Origin: Candidatus Bathyarchaeia archaeon
Lineage (GTDB): Archaea; Thermoproteota; Bathyarchaeia; Bathyarchaeales; Bathycorpusculaceae
Length of the DNA stretch: 64,000 nt
Assembly (NCBI GenBank): GCA_049521795.1
Contig: JBEKOM010000010.1
Coordinates: 1-64,000 of the forward strand
Reading direction: 5' to 3'
In this document: one piece after another, positions 9,230-19,640 of the stretch
Layout: each line of letters opens with the position of its first letter
Position numbering within the stretch: position 1 is the first letter of the stretch
Position numbers and translations under genes: made by a program
The notes under the pieces: model-generated
Told to the model about the DNA's origin: nothing
The model's input: the letters and a program-made list of their open reading frames with translations, nothing else
The model's database searches: none

Positions 9230-9649
9230 ATGAACAAAAAACTTTTCTTAGCCGGACTCCTGGCAATATCGGTAATTGCTCTTGGAACAGCATCTTTTGC
9301 CGGAGCTCAACTTGCTGACTATTACCCCGGACCTGTTAATTACACTATAACCAAGTGGATAGTAATCTGGTATTTCAAAACAGTTGACCAGTATGGCGGC
9401 GGCTCGTTCGATGGGAGAACTGTCATAAAGAGCACGGTCACTGCCTATGCCCTGGATGCCACTGGTAATTACAAGCCTGTAAAACCTCTCTGCATCCTTA
9501 CGACTAAAGACTATGTGATGCTCATTTTCCTTCCTAGTGCCCTCCCAGCCCATAATACGGATGGCAGTAGTGCCGTGACCGGAACATTAACTAATGGCCA
9601 AACATTCGACGCTACGGGCCCAGGCTGGTCTCTGATCACAATCCACTAA
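9230..9649 (+). CDS. Secreted hypothetical protein
   Basis: MNKKLFLAGLLAISVIALG signal peptide; GGAGGTGA SD. Confidence 0.8.
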   Translation: MNKKLFLAGLLAISVIALGTASFAGAQLADYYPGPVNYTITKWIVIWYFKTVDQYGGGSFDGRTVIKSTVTAYALDATGNYKPVKPLCILTTKDYVMLIFLPSALPAHNTDGSSAVTGTLTNGQTFDATGPGWSLITIH

Positions 9650-9659
9650 GCGCGCGCGA

Positions 9660-9895
9660 CCTACGCAACCGGCAACGTCATCGAGTCATCTTCGCCCGCC
9701 GTGGCAGACAACAACGTTCATCGGCTCCGACGACAATTACGTGTACGCTCTCAACCAACGCAACGGGAGACTATTATGGAGCCTCAAGACAGGAGGTTGG
9801 GCAGGAGAGTCTTCACCAGCCATCGCCGACAGAGTTCTGTACACAGGTTCACTGGATGGAAAAATATACGCGCGCTAACCGCGCGCTACTATATA
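9660..9895 (+). pseudogene. PQQ-like beta-propeller repeat remnant
   Basis: Frameshifted pieces TGNVIESSSPAVAD / GSDDNYVYALN / LWSLKTGG / SSPAIADRVLYTGSLDGKIYA. Confidence 0.7.
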
Positions 9896-10476
9896 TGGGA
9901 ATCTGAATCCAAGACTTCGAACCAAACTCTCACTTTTTTCTATCAATCGAACATTGATCATACGCGCGCTACTACTATGTTGAAAAGTGCGGGGGTTTAC
10001 GCAGGGTGGTAGTTGCTGGGGCTTCAGTATTTTCTCTTCGCGCGCCATATGGCTGGTATCTGCACCTAATTAGGTATGAATACCTGCGGGCCCGCCATCC
10101 ACGGTTGCGAATTTGTACCGTTTTCAGGGTGTCTGCCGTGTCGCAGCAAATTAGAGGCTTCGCTCAGTATTTGAATCTCACTGCTTTGGGTGTCTTCATG
10201 GTTGACAAAGGTTTTGACATGGCTATTTGCCGATGCCATCAAACATGTCTCCTTGCTTGCCGACGAGCGCCATGCAAATTGCAACGTATGATGCAAACTA
10301 TCATGTTCATCCTCGAGACATTTGCAACATGCGCGCACATATAAGGGGTTAATGTGAAATTGCATCAATGACAAATCCATTCTTCACGCCATCACAACAT
10401 CGCTTGTATCGCGCACTTTAGCGCGCGCGAAAAGTCTAATTAACAAGACGGCTAACTACTAATTGAATGGAAGGGG

Positions 10477-11181
10477 TTGCATATGGGTATTTTTGACAAG
10501 ATAAAGGAAGTTGACTTGATAACCGAGCTGTGTGAGCATCTTCGACAGATCGGTATAGAAGCAACAGTGTTGGATGTCAAGAGCCCCGAAGCCATACATC
10601 ACACTCCAACCATGCACATCATTTATAGCATAAAAAACATTCCCCCGCTGGGCTGCGTCAAGGTCGAAGGCCGAAACATCGACTTAGTAGAGGTATGTAG
10701 GTTCTTGGGAAGCGCAGGTGGCTTGAGTGGTAGCGCAAGCGCAGGTGGCTTCGGTGGTAGCGCAGGCCCGGGTGGTCCTCTCGCGACTTACAGGTACAAC
10801 TATATATTAAAGGCAAATGTGGGAAAACTGGAGGACAAGCTTAAGGCGGAGGCCGAACGGATCACGAAAGGTCTCCTCGGCAGGGAAATCATCGATTACA
10901 TGTGGTTGGGCGGAGAACTGGCGCAACTTTTGAACGCTGACACGGAACTGAAGAATATGCTGCTTGGATTTGGATCGCCAAAACTCATGGTACATCCTAA
11001 CAAGAAGCTTCAATATGTGGAGATAACGCCCATAGTTTCATCGACAAACATCGTGATTGGCGGAATTCCCATAAAGTACAATCTGACTGTGGGGAGAAAG
11101 GCGTTTCCAACCCGTGAAGCCTTCGAGGCCTACGACAGAATCGCTCAACACATACGAAGTATCCTAAGCTCTCAACCATAA
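10477..11181 (+). CDS. Hypothetical protein with a Gly/Ser linker
   Basis: 234-aa ORF; short tandem GGTAGCGCAGG-like repeats encode GSAGGLSGSASAGGFGGSAG. Confidence 0.7.
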   Translation: MHMGIFDKIKEVDLITELCEHLRQIGIEATVLDVKSPEAIHHTPTMHIIYSIKNIPPLGCVKVEGRNIDLVEVCRFLGSAGGLSGSASAGGFGGSAGPGGPLATYRYNYILKANVGKLEDKLKAEAERITKGLLGREIIDYMWLGGELAQLLNADTELKNMLLGFGSPKLMVHPNKKLQYVEITPIVSSTNIVIGGIPIKYNLTVGRKAFPTREAFEAYDRIAQHIRSILSSQP

Positions 11182-11281
11182 TTTCAAAGAAATAGAAGCA
11201 TGAGCTCGAAGTGCCGAAAGCGCCAATTCAGAGTGACAACATGCCCTTCCGTCGCAAGACCAATCTACCAGGCCATCATAT

Positions 11282-11539
11282 TTGGATCCAAATATCCATG
11301 GCACATTGAAACCGAGGAGGGGTACCCACCACCATCCCACCTCGGCACTCATGCAAAAAAGACTCACCGCCATCGCAGAAAAATACAGCGTCCACGTACA
11401 AAACGTCAGGTTCCAACTGATCCTCGAACTCAAAGCCCTAGCCGAACTCGCACAACAAAAAGCCAATGACACTCACCCAGCGAAAGAAGAAACCAAACAA
11501 AACTGGATCCACCTCGCCGCATACATCGCCAGGTCATAA
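11282..11539 (+). pseudogene. Probable gene fragment, helical hypothetical protein
   Basis: Helical, protein-like ELKALAELAQQKA...WIHLAAYIA that seems to continue (QVINK) after a frameshift. Confidence 0.35.
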
Positions 11540-11778
11540 ACAAATAGGCAAAACCATCAGCTCTGAAGCCATCTCAAGGATTACGTAGCGAATGGCTGTC
11601 ACACATTGGGTGCCAGAAGCGCGAATGAGAAAGCAATGGGGCCTGCCGCTATCATGTGGTCGTCGTAGAGGAATCCTGGTATAGAAGATTACTCCATAAG
11701 GGATTTATTCATAGAGAGAACTCATAAGGATGTGGAGAGGGAGAAGTAGAGGTAGGCTCAGAACAAGGAGGTGAACGT

Positions 11779-12018
11779 GTGGAGATTTCGATAAACGCAA
11801 AGCAGATAATCGCAGTGATTTGGACAATAATCGCTTTCGTAATATCACTAGTAATAGTGCTCGCACTGGGCTTTCCAGCGGCTGGTACGTCCAATGTCTT
11901 CGGTGGCCCATGGCAGTACTTGGTGGCATTGTTCTTCGGCCTCTTCTTGGTAATAACCGTTCCAGTCTACTTGCTCATAGCCCTTTGGCACATAGTTTCA
12001 AAGTGGGACACTACGTAG
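11779..12018 (+). CDS. Small two-TM membrane protein
   Basis: GGAGGTGA SD before GTG; two hydrophobic helices. Confidence 0.75.
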   Translation: MEISINAKQIIAVIWTIIAFVISLVIVLALGFPAAGTSNVFGGPWQYLVALFFGLFLVITVPVYLLIALWHIVSKWDTT

Positions 12019-12215
12019 GTCGCAGGACTGCCAGCGTGCAAGCGCTGTGTCAAACACGTCGCACTGAAGTGGGTTCTATCAAGATTTCACCACAAATTAA
12101 CGAAGATTCGCACACATTTCTCGACTTGTGAGTGCCTCTTTGTTCATCTGTGCGACATTTTTGAGAAACAATATACTCATGATCGGCTACTGAAGGACTA
12201 CTGCATAACAGATAA

Positions 12216-12461
12216 ATGAAACCTCTGACCTACAAAAGCTCGGGATGGAATTTGAGCCTTGACGAAATTGAGGCCTTCGCTAGTTCTTTGAAGAACTGTC
12301 CAAAATGCGGTTCAGAGGAAGGATTTTGGCTCGCCGCAAACCGCGAAAGGAGTTATGTCCAATGCAAGCACTGCGGAGCCATTTTAGAGTTTTGCGAGGT
12401 TCTATCACATCCAGAAAAGGCCAAAGGCTCAAAAAGTGCCTTCAGAAAACTGAAGCTATAA
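12216..12461 (+). CDS. Zinc-ribbon protein
   Basis: CPKCG...CKHCG. Confidence 0.75.
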   Translation: MKPLTYKSSGWNLSLDEIEAFASSLKNCPKCGSEEGFWLAANRERSYVQCKHCGAILEFCEVLSHPEKAKGSKSAFRKLKL

Positions 12462-12937
12462 CGTGAGAACTGAACGTTCTGCTTTTCTCTTCTCGAACAT
12501 GGTGGTTCACACGAAATCCAACGCACATTCGAGTTCTAAATGGTAACAGGCTTAAATGCCCGAGTTCTTGAGATGCTTGGGACCTCGGGCAAACGGAAAT
12601 CAAAGTCGCCTTCTCCTTTTCTTCCTCTCAGGTCAAAAGTTAACAATGTGTATCTTCATTAAAACGTTTACTGCACCGTTCAGTATATGTCACTTTTCTA
12701 CGTATATCCACTTTCCACTTCATTTCCAACGGGGCAATCTAGCGCGCGCAAAGCCTAGTCTCTTTTTTTCCGGCGTAGGCGACAAGCAAGATCTCTCCAG
12801 TTTCAGGAAGCAGGCGTCGCGGAAACTGTTCACGGCGCTCTCCTATTCGCATCTTCAAAAATGGTTGCGCGAAACATACAAATCGTTGCCAGAAAGTTTT
12901 TAGGCCCGCTCTTCGCTAAACTACTTGAGACTTATCG

Positions 12938-13855
12938 GTGGGCATGGCCATCAAAAGAGGCGTTATTTTTGATATCAAGAAATTCGCAATTGATGACGGA
13001 CCTGGGATACGCACAACCATATTCTTCAAGGGTTGCCTTCTGCGCTGCAGGTGGTGCCATAACCCTGAGGGTCAGCTACAGACACCGGAATTGATGTACA
13101 GAAGAACTAGGTGTGACGGCTGTGCCGAGTGCGTGGGGATCTGTCCGAAAGAGGCAATTTCATGCCCTCTCAAAAGAATATCCATAAACAGGAATCACTG
13201 CAATCTGTGCGGAGAATGTTGCCAGGTATGTCCAACAGGGGCCCTGGCGATTGTTGGAAAGCAAGTGAGCTTAGAAGAGGTCTTAAGAGAAATTGACAAG
13301 GACTCAATCTTCTACGATGAGTCAAAGGGCGGCGTGACAGTTTCTGGAGGAGAACCTCTCTTGCAACTCGATTTTCTAGACGCGCTTCTCAAAGAGTGCA
13401 AAGATAGAGACATTCGCACCGCAGTCGATACTTGTGGCTACGCCTCGCATGATGCCTTCGACAAAATCAGCAATAAGGTAGATCTTTTCCTGTATGACAT
13501 CAAGACTATGAATGGGAAAAAACATATGAAATACACAGGCGTGTCAAACAAGTCAATTCTCGAAAATCTCAAAAGATTAGCCGAAGATGGAAGTAACATT
13601 CAGATTCGTTTTCCCATTATCCCAGGAATCAACGATGACAAGGAAAACGTCACCGAGACAGCTGAATTTGTAGCTTCGTGCAGAATAAAGAACATGAGTC
13701 TTCTCCCTTACCACCGAGCGGGAATCGAGAAGTACAAGGGCCTAAGCAGGGCATACAAGCTGAAAAAGATCCAAACTCCATCTGACCAGGACCTAAATCT
13801 AATCAAAGAAGAACTCGAGGCTTTTGGGTTGAAAGTGAAGATAGGGGGAGGATAG
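12938..13855 (+). CDS. Glycyl-radical enzyme activating enzyme (radical SAM with ferredoxin insert)
   Basis: DGPGIRTTIFFKGCLLRCRWCHNPE; two CxxCxxCxxxCP; GGVTVSGGEP. Confidence 0.95.
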   Translation: MGMAIKRGVIFDIKKFAIDDGPGIRTTIFFKGCLLRCRWCHNPEGQLQTPELMYRRTRCDGCAECVGICPKEAISCPLKRISINRNHCNLCGECCQVCPTGALAIVGKQVSLEEVLREIDKDSIFYDESKGGVTVSGGEPLLQLDFLDALLKECKDRDIRTAVDTCGYASHDAFDKISNKVDLFLYDIKTMNGKKHMKYTGVSNKSILENLKRLAEDGSNIQIRFPIIPGINDDKENVTETAEFVASCRIKNMSLLPYHRAGIEKYKGLSRAYKLKKIQTPSDQDLNLIKEELEAFGLKVKIGGG

Positions 13856-13856
13856 C

Positions 13857-16220
13857 ATGAATGAAAGGGTTAGGAAACTGAGGGAACAGAGCATTCATAC
13901 GAAGCCGTATATCACAGCTGAAAGAGCGGTTCTTGTAACAGGGTTTTATGAGAGCGACGTGGCGAGCCAGCCGTCCGAGCCTGTGCGAAGGGCACTGGCG
14001 TTCAAGCATGTGCTTGAAAATAAAAAAATCTACGTCGGGGAAGAGGAGCTGATCGTCGGTGAAAGAGGGCCCGCTCCTAAGGCAGTTCCCACGTATCCCG
14101 AAATATGTTGCCATAGCCTTGAAGACCTCGAAATTCTGAGCACGAGAAAAAAGACGCCATATGCAGTTAATGAGGAAACAAAGAGGACATACAAGGAAAA
14201 GATCATTCCGTTCTGGAAAGGTAGGTCAATAAGAGAGACAATATTCAGTGAGATGTCTCAAGAATGGAAAACCGCTTATCAAGCAGGGGTGTTCACTGAA
14301 TTTCTGGAGCAGAGAGCTCCGGGGCACACAGCTCTAGACAACAAGATTTACGGAAAAGGATTAGTCGACTTCAAGAAAGACATCGCAAGAAGCATTCAAA
14401 GCCTCGATCTCTTGAATGATCCGAGAGCGCACGAAAAGATGGAAGAACTCAAAGCCATGGACATTGTCGCGGACGCTCTTATCTGCAATGGAGCGAGATA
14501 CGCAGAAAAGGCGAGAGAACTGCAAAAAAAGGAAAAGAACCACGCGAGAAGAAAGGAACTGAAGAAGATAGCTGACGTGTGCACTCGTGTGCCAGCTCAC
14601 GCGCCACGAGACTTCTGGGAAGCCTTACAGCACTACTGGTTCATTCACCTCGGAGTAATAACAGAACTCAACCCTTGGGACGCTTTCAACCCTGGCAGGC
14701 TCGACCAACATCTCTACTCTTTCTACACGAAGGGTTTTGACGACGGAACCTTGACGAAGGAAAGTGCAAAAGAACTCCTGCAGCTGCTTTGGATAAAGTT
14801 CAACAACCAGCCAGCTCCGCCGAAGGTGGGAGTCACGGCAGAAGAAAGCAACACGTACAATGATTTCGCACTGATAAACACGGGCGGAGTCAAGACTGAC
14901 GGTTCAGACGGAGTGAACGAACTTTCCTATCTGATACTTGATGTCATAGAGGAAATGAGGATTCCTCAGCCTAGTTCGATGGTCCAGATTAGCAAAAAGA
15001 CTCCTGACAGTTTCTTGAAAAGAGCATTGAGAATCATAAGGACGGGCTTTGGGCAACCATCAGTGTTTAACACTGATGTCATAATTCAAGAGCTTCTGAG
15101 GCAGGGAAAAAGAATCGAAGATGCGAGAAACGGAGGCGCAAGTGGGTGCGTTGAGACAGGAGCCTTTGGCAAAGAGTGCTACATTCTCACGGGGTATTTC
15201 AACTTGGTCAAATTGCTCGAGACCACTTTGAACAACGGTCTGGACCCGAGAACAGGTCAAAAGATTGGACTCAAAACAGGCGACCCTACTAAGTTCGGCT
15301 CTTTTGACGAAGTTTTCGACGCGTTCAAGAGGCAACTCAACTACTTTGTCGATCTCAAAATCAAGGGAAACAACATAATAGAAAGATTGTATGCCGAACA
15401 CTTGCCCGTACCTTTCTTGTCCCTCCTCATAGACGATTGCATAGCGAAAGGCAAGGACTACAACGATGGAGGAGCTCGATACAATACAAGCTACATTCAA
15501 GGCGTGGGACTCGGCACGGTAACAGACTCGCTCGCAGCAATCAGCTATCAAGTTTTCGACAAGAAACAGATCACCATGAGAGAGTTACTCAAAGCCCTAA
15601 AAGCTGACTTCAACGGGTACGAAACCCTCCGTCAGATACTCCTAAACAAAACACCGAAATACGGAAACGATGACGATTATGCAGACAACGTGATGAAAGC
15701 CGTTTTTGAAGCCTACTACGAGGCAATAGAAGGAAGACCCAGCACGAAAGGCGGCAACTACAGAATAAACCTGTTGCCAACGACGGTACACGTCTATTTC
15801 GGAAGGGTCACAGGGGCTACGGCCGACGGGAGAAAAGCGTTGGAACCCCTCTCTGAGGGAGTGTCGCCGGTCCAAGGAGCCGATAGAAAAGGCCCCACAG
15901 CGGTGATAAAATCCGTCTCCAAAATAGACCATGCAAGAACAGGCGGAACCCTGCTTAACCAGAAATTCGCCCCCGAACTCTTGGCCGATGAAGAAGGACT
16001 AGACAAGCTGGCCCATCTAATTCGCACGTATTTCAAACTTGACGGGCATCATATTCAATTCAACGTGGTGAATGCTGAGACTTTGCGTGATGCACAGAAA
16101 CATCCCGAAAAATACGGAGATCTCTTGGTAAGAGTCGCAGGATACAGTGATTACTTTGTTAATCTCAGCGTAGAACTGCAGAACGAAATAATCAAGAGGA
16201 CTGAACACAAATCCTTCTGA
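13857..16220 (+). CDS. hypD: Glycyl radical enzyme, trans-4-hydroxy-L-proline dehydratase-like
   Basis: RVAGYS glycyl loop, SGCVE Cys loop; HypD-type motifs PTYPEICCH, FTEFxEQRAPGH, WDAF, QPAPPKVG, ESxTYxDF, LTGY, LPTT. Confidence 0.85.
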   Translation: MNERVRKLREQSIHTKPYITAERAVLVTGFYESDVASQPSEPVRRALAFKHVLENKKIYVGEEELIVGERGPAPKAVPTYPEICCHSLEDLEILSTRKKTPYAVNEETKRTYKEKIIPFWKGRSIRETIFSEMSQEWKTAYQAGVFTEFLEQRAPGHTALDNKIYGKGLVDFKKDIARSIQSLDLLNDPRAHEKMEELKAMDIVADALICNGARYAEKARELQKKEKNHARRKELKKIADVCTRVPAHAPRDFWEALQHYWFIHLGVITELNPWDAFNPGRLDQHLYSFYTKGFDDGTLTKESAKELLQLLWIKFNNQPAPPKVGVTAEESNTYNDFALINTGGVKTDGSDGVNELSYLILDVIEEMRIPQPSSMVQISKKTPDSFLKRALRIIRTGFGQPSVFNTDVIIQELLRQGKRIEDARNGGASGCVETGAFGKECYILTGYFNLVKLLETTLNNGLDPRTGQKIGLKTGDPTKFGSFDEVFDAFKRQLNYFVDLKIKGNNIIERLYAEHLPVPFLSLLIDDCIAKGKDYNDGGARYNTSYIQGVGLGTVTDSLAAISYQVFDKKQITMRELLKALKADFNGYETLRQILLNKTPKYGNDDDYADNVMKAVFEAYYEAIEGRPSTKGGNYRINLLPTTVHVYFGRVTGATADGRKALEPLSEGVSPVQGADRKGPTAVIKSVSKIDHARTGGTLLNQKFAPELLADEEGLDKLAHLIRTYFKLDGHHIQFNVVNAETLRDAQKHPEKYGDLLVRVAGYSDYFVNLSVELQNEIIKRTEHKSF

Positions 16221-16529
16221 AAGAATCCCGTTGCATCTTAATCGAACGATAATCTGAACCCTTTTGTTTGTCTCCAGCAGAGATCAATCGAATCCATACG
16301 CTGAAAATGCTGTATATAAGTCCTGTCGGAAGTGACGTCTTCGATTGACGCATATTCTCTGTCAAAGTGAAAGTGCTTTGAAGATGACAGCTGTATTCCC
16401 ATCTTCGTCCTACATATCTTCTAGGCTTGCTTGCTCTTCTTTCTCTTAGAGTGCACTGCATTCCCAGATAATCCGCGTGCCTGCGAAGACTTATTAGACT
16501 AGGAATGTGGAACAGAAACAAGTGAAATT

Positions 16530-17453
16530 ATGTCTAGTGAGCAGATTTTCAAGAAAGTTCTAGTTGCTATTGATGGCTCACTTCCGTCTGTTATTGCTGA
16601 AGAACTAGCAGTCTTCATGGCTAAGAAACTTGATTCAAATGTGACGGTTCTTCACGTAATATCCCATGAGTTCATGGGTTCCCAGCTTGAGAAATATACT
16701 CCAATACTCTACAAGGATGTGCCTCTAGGCACTGGAAGTGGTCCCGAAGAACGTGTTTCTGCAGTGCCAGCCTCGGGCGCACAGGAAGCTGTTGCAAAAG
16801 AAATCATGATTTCATATAGACAAAGAGGCACAGACGTGATTGAAGAGGCTGCAGCCCTCTTTAAAGAAGAAGGCATACCGGTGGATCAGAAGCTTTTAGA
16901 GCATGCTGATCCAGCCGAAAGCATCATAAGAGAGGCTGAAAAGGGAAACTACGATTTAGTAGTTATTGGGTCTAGTGGAGAGGAAGAGAAGAAGCCGCAT
17001 TTGGGAAGCGTTGCTAAGAAAACAGCGTTATACGCCAAGACCTCTGTCCTAATCGCCAGAGAAAAAACACAGATATCAAAAATAATGGTTCCAGTCGACG
17101 GCTCTGAGCATTCAAAAAAGGTTGTCCATTATTCCACAATTCTGGCTAAAAAGTTGGGCGTTGAAGTCGCATTACTTTATGTTCAAGAGCCTGATTTGCC
17201 TCCCAGAATCATGAAAGAAATAGGAACACGAATACTGTCCGAAGCAGCTGGCCAATTTGAAGCGATAAAGCCAGATCAGAAGCTGGTATCGGGCGATCTA
17301 GCCAAGACTATTATTCAAACGGCAAAAAAAGGGGACTACGACCTGACCCTAATGGGACACAAAGGGCACGGCGTCGTTGCCCAATTCTTACTGGGAAGTG
17401 TAAGCGACCACGTAATCCAATACATAGACCGTTCAGTACTCCTAATAAGATGA
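16530..17453 (+). CDS. Tandem universal stress protein
   Basis: Two USP domains (VAIDGS, VPVDGS, LLGSVSDHV). Confidence 0.92.
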   Translation: MSSEQIFKKVLVAIDGSLPSVIAEELAVFMAKKLDSNVTVLHVISHEFMGSQLEKYTPILYKDVPLGTGSGPEERVSAVPASGAQEAVAKEIMISYRQRGTDVIEEAAALFKEEGIPVDQKLLEHADPAESIIREAEKGNYDLVVIGSSGEEEKKPHLGSVAKKTALYAKTSVLIAREKTQISKIMVPVDGSEHSKKVVHYSTILAKKLGVEVALLYVQEPDLPPRIMKEIGTRILSEAAGQFEAIKPDQKLVSGDLAKTIIQTAKKGDYDLTLMGHKGHGVVAQFLLGSVSDHVIQYIDRSVLLIR

Positions 17454-17525
17454 GAAATCCTTAACCGGCGCGCGCTGGACAAGATTTTTATTCACATAGA
17501 CATATTCTCAGATGGGTGAAAGAAT

Positions 17526-18566
17526 TTGTCTTGGTACATAGAATTAGGAAAAGCTGCAGACACTTTGGTAAATTACGTTCTAAAAGTAAAGAAAGAAGAG
17601 GACGTTCTCATATATGGAGATGACATTGTCGATGCTGCCGTACTGAATGCAACGGCTGCAGCAGTCAAATCCGCGGGAGCGACGCCCACCATAGTTATTC
17701 ACGAGACGCGAGAAATCTCTTTCACCGAACCTCCTAAGCCTCTTGCCGCAGCAATGATGGACTCTGATGTCACGGTGGAATTCTCAGCTAGAGCCATATT
17801 ATATACCAGTGCGCAGACAAACGCCCTGAAGCGGAACCGGGCCTACATTTGTCTAACTTCTCTTGACCGTGAAGCAATGGTTCGAACCCTAGGTTGGGTG
17901 AACTATCCGAAAATGGTTGAGTTGGGAGACAAACTTGCAGAAATAACGACAAAGGCTGATGAAATCAAGATAACCAGCCCCTCAGGAACGAACTTTTCCG
18001 CCAAAATTGGCGGACGAAAGTTCGAGAATTTCGGCAGCACTGCTGACAAGAGAAAAGTGATAATGTTAGGTGGACAGACGGGCGGTTCTCCGATCGAGGA
18101 GACCGAAAATGGCGTGTTAGCATTTGACGGAAATGTGTGGCCTCCAGACGAGATCAAATCGAACATAAGGACCCCGATAAAATGCAAGGTTGACAAAGGC
18201 GTATTAACTGAAATCTCTGGCGGCGTAGAGGCTGACATACTCCGGAGGTATTTAGCAGGTCTTAAAGATCGCAATATGTACCGGATAGCTCACATCTGCT
18301 ACGGATACCATCCTAAGGCAAGAGTAACAGGCGACATATCAGAAGTCGAGAGAGTCTGGGGTTGCTTCCAAGTAGGCTGGGGTTCCCAAGGGCCGCTCCT
18401 CAGACCAGACCTTAAAGGCGCCTTTGGATGGAGAGCTGCATCGCACGACGACGGCATCATACTGAAGGCATCGATATACCTTGACGGTGAACCCGTGCAG
18501 AAAGATGGAAAGTTCGTCCACCCTGAGTTGTTGCCAATCATAAAAGAGATGGGCGTTGAACAATAA
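17526..18566 (+). CDS. M29/aminopeptidase-T-fold protein, NicX-like ligand set
   Basis: ITSPSGT; LGGQ; GVLAFDG; RIAHICYGYHP; ERVWG; SHDDG. Confidence 0.8.
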   Translation: MSWYIELGKAADTLVNYVLKVKKEEDVLIYGDDIVDAAVLNATAAAVKSAGATPTIVIHETREISFTEPPKPLAAAMMDSDVTVEFSARAILYTSAQTNALKRNRAYICLTSLDREAMVRTLGWVNYPKMVELGDKLAEITTKADEIKITSPSGTNFSAKIGGRKFENFGSTADKRKVIMLGGQTGGSPIEETENGVLAFDGNVWPPDEIKSNIRTPIKCKVDKGVLTEISGGVEADILRRYLAGLKDRNMYRIAHICYGYHPKARVTGDISEVERVWGCFQVGWGSQGPLLRPDLKGAFGWRAASHDDGIILKASIYLDGEPVQKDGKFVHPELLPIIKEMGVEQ

Positions 18567-18798
18567 GATCTCAAATCCTCTTTTCTTTTTAGTGCAAGAC
18601 ATGAGGTTTTGAAAAACCTCTTTCGCTCTTCCTAATGATTGCTTGACCCACTCGAATGCACGTAAACAGTGATCGAGAGCGTTTTATCGCGCGCAAGGAT
18701 CTATCGTGAAATGCCCTGCATGCGAATTTAGGAACAGGCATGCGCGCGCTCAAGTTTAAATAGCCTCTTTGATCTAAGGAGGCGTGTGGTGAATCGGT

Positions 18799-19512
18799 TT
18801 GCTGAAGATCTTGTTCATAAACCCGGTCGGAACTAGCGCTCTAGATGAGCATATGCTGGAGACGATAAATGAGGTTAAGAGACCGGACGTAAAACCTAAG
18901 GTCGTTCATTTGCGCAAGGGTCCAGTCCACTTGGAGTACCACTACTATGAACATCTGAATCTTGATGAAACTCTAGAGTGGGTGAAGTGGGCGGAAAAAG
19001 AGGAGTACGATGCGGTGGTCATTGGCTGCTTCTATGATCCAGGAGTAAGAGAGGCCAGAGAGCTTGTTTCGATTCCGGTGATTGTTCCGGCAGAGGCTAC
19101 GATGCACGTTGCCGCGACTCTTGGGCACAAGTTTTCCGTGATTGTGGGCAGACGGAAGTGGATTCCTAGGATGGAGAGCAACGTGTACGTCTATGGGCTT
19201 GAGAGGAAGCTTGCCTCTTTCAGGACTATAGAGTTCACGGTTCCGAGGATGGGTTCTGAGCCTGAGAAGCTGAAAAAGGCGATATTGACGGAGGCTAAGA
19301 AGGCTGTTGAGGAGGACGGTGCGGAAGTCATAGTCTTAGGATGCACGATGGAATCTGGATTCATGAAGGAGCTGACAAACAAGCTGAAAGTGCCTGTTCT
19401 GGATGCGGTGGTCACTTCGTGGAAGTACGCTGAAATGATGGCTGACTTGTATCGCAAGGTTGGCCTAGCGCACTCGAAGCTCTACGGGTACGAACCTCCA
19501 CCGGACGTCTAA
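18799..19512 (+). CDS. Hydantoin racemase / Asp-Glu racemase family
   Basis: FINP; VIGCFYDPG; VLGCT. Confidence 0.9.
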   Translation: MLKILFINPVGTSALDEHMLETINEVKRPDVKPKVVHLRKGPVHLEYHYYEHLNLDETLEWVKWAEKEEYDAVVIGCFYDPGVREARELVSIPVIVPAEATMHVAATLGHKFSVIVGRRKWIPRMESNVYVYGLERKLASFRTIEFTVPRMGSEPEKLKKAILTEAKKAVEEDGAEVIVLGCTMESGFMKELTNKLKVPVLDAVVTSWKYAEMMADLYRKVGLAHSKLYGYEPPPDV

Positions 19513-19640
19513 ATTGACAATTCGCCAAAAATGGGCAAAATATGTGTTAGCACTATGATACGACTGGACACTTGAGAACCCGCCCATGCAGAAAAACATA
19601 TATCGTGTATCATAGCAACAGTGTTCCTAAGGAGGAAAAA

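Noticed and set aside
10006-10380. Overlapping ORFs on both strands
   Set aside because: No recognisable motifs; probably decayed DNA.
12556-12903. 115-aa ORF or enzyme remnant upstream of the activase
   Set aside because: Part looks like frameshifted coding sequence, but I cannot assign a family.
13857-16220. Pyruvate formate-lyase
   Set aside because: It has a single Cys in GCVE rather than the adjacent Cys-Cys of PFL; the motifs match HypD.
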